Assembly: GCA_046160625.1 (NCBI GenBank)
Contig: JBJXGZ010000044.1
Location: 736-64,735, forward strand
Length of the DNA stretch: 64,000 nucleotides
Direction of reading: 5' to 3'
DNA from: Saprospiraceae bacterium
Lineage (GTDB): Bacteria; Bacteroidota; Bacteroidia; Chitinophagales; Saprospiraceae
The translations under genes were made by a program, and so were the position numbers. Every line of letters starts with the position of its first letter. The first letter of the stretch is position 1. This document shows positions 63,951-64,000 of this stretch, one piece after another. The notes beneath the pieces were generated by a model. That model saw only the letters and a program-made list of their open reading frames with translations, searched no databases and was not told the DNA's origin.

Positions 63951-64000
63951 AGGATTTCGGGTGGCATTATGGGAGTCTGCGGTAATGGCCCATTTTGCTG

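Overview
This window looks like a chromosomal segment of a Bacteroidota-type genome. The evidence is the T9SS genes porU/porV/sprE-like, Por-type C-terminal sorting domains, a Bat-operon remnant and many lipoprotein signals. G+C is mid-40s % by eye, not computed.

I can support about 50 protein genes, nearly all housekeeping or envelope:
- Cell shape and replication: batA, dnaN, mreB-mreC-mreD-mrdA.
- Envelope and secretion: a BNR/sortilin-like protein, ctaA, an HtrA-like protease, an OmpA/TolB-like protein, porV, porU, a sprE/porW-like lipoprotein.
- Metabolism and translation: aldehyde dehydrogenase, truA, a degenerate dihydroorotase-like protein, an EamA transporter, purD, M3 oligoendopeptidase, acpP, pyk, cysS.
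- Regulation and other: an ECF sigma factor with a membrane partner, and a MraY/WecA-family transferase.

By eye I saw no rRNA, tRNA, CRISPR array, transposase, integrase or recognisable defence operon. I did not find a convincing multi-gene novel system.

The most unusual content is non-coding. Seven intergenic hairpins have stems of 20-49 bp, two of them perfect at 32 and 46 bp. In each, both arms are tandem arrays of a locus-specific 7-9 nt unit.

Other leads:
- Two adjacent cysteine-rich secreted ORFs sharing a CP(L/I)P(I)CC motif, bracketed by three copies of a CGGAAC-N3-GTTCCG palindrome.
- An ORF-free region of about 0.7 kb with DnaA-box-like motifs and an AT-rich tract.
- A strongly AT-rich two-gene islet of secreted proteins.
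- Twin palindromes sharing an identical 16-mer upstream of the aldehyde dehydrogenase gene.
- An ECF-sigma partner that combines an inner-membrane anchor with an outer-membrane-barrel-like C-terminus.

All family calls rest on motifs I recognise in the translations. No database search was run. Several ORF-track starts were moved to internal ATG/TTG codons where the upstream extension runs through repeats or terminators.
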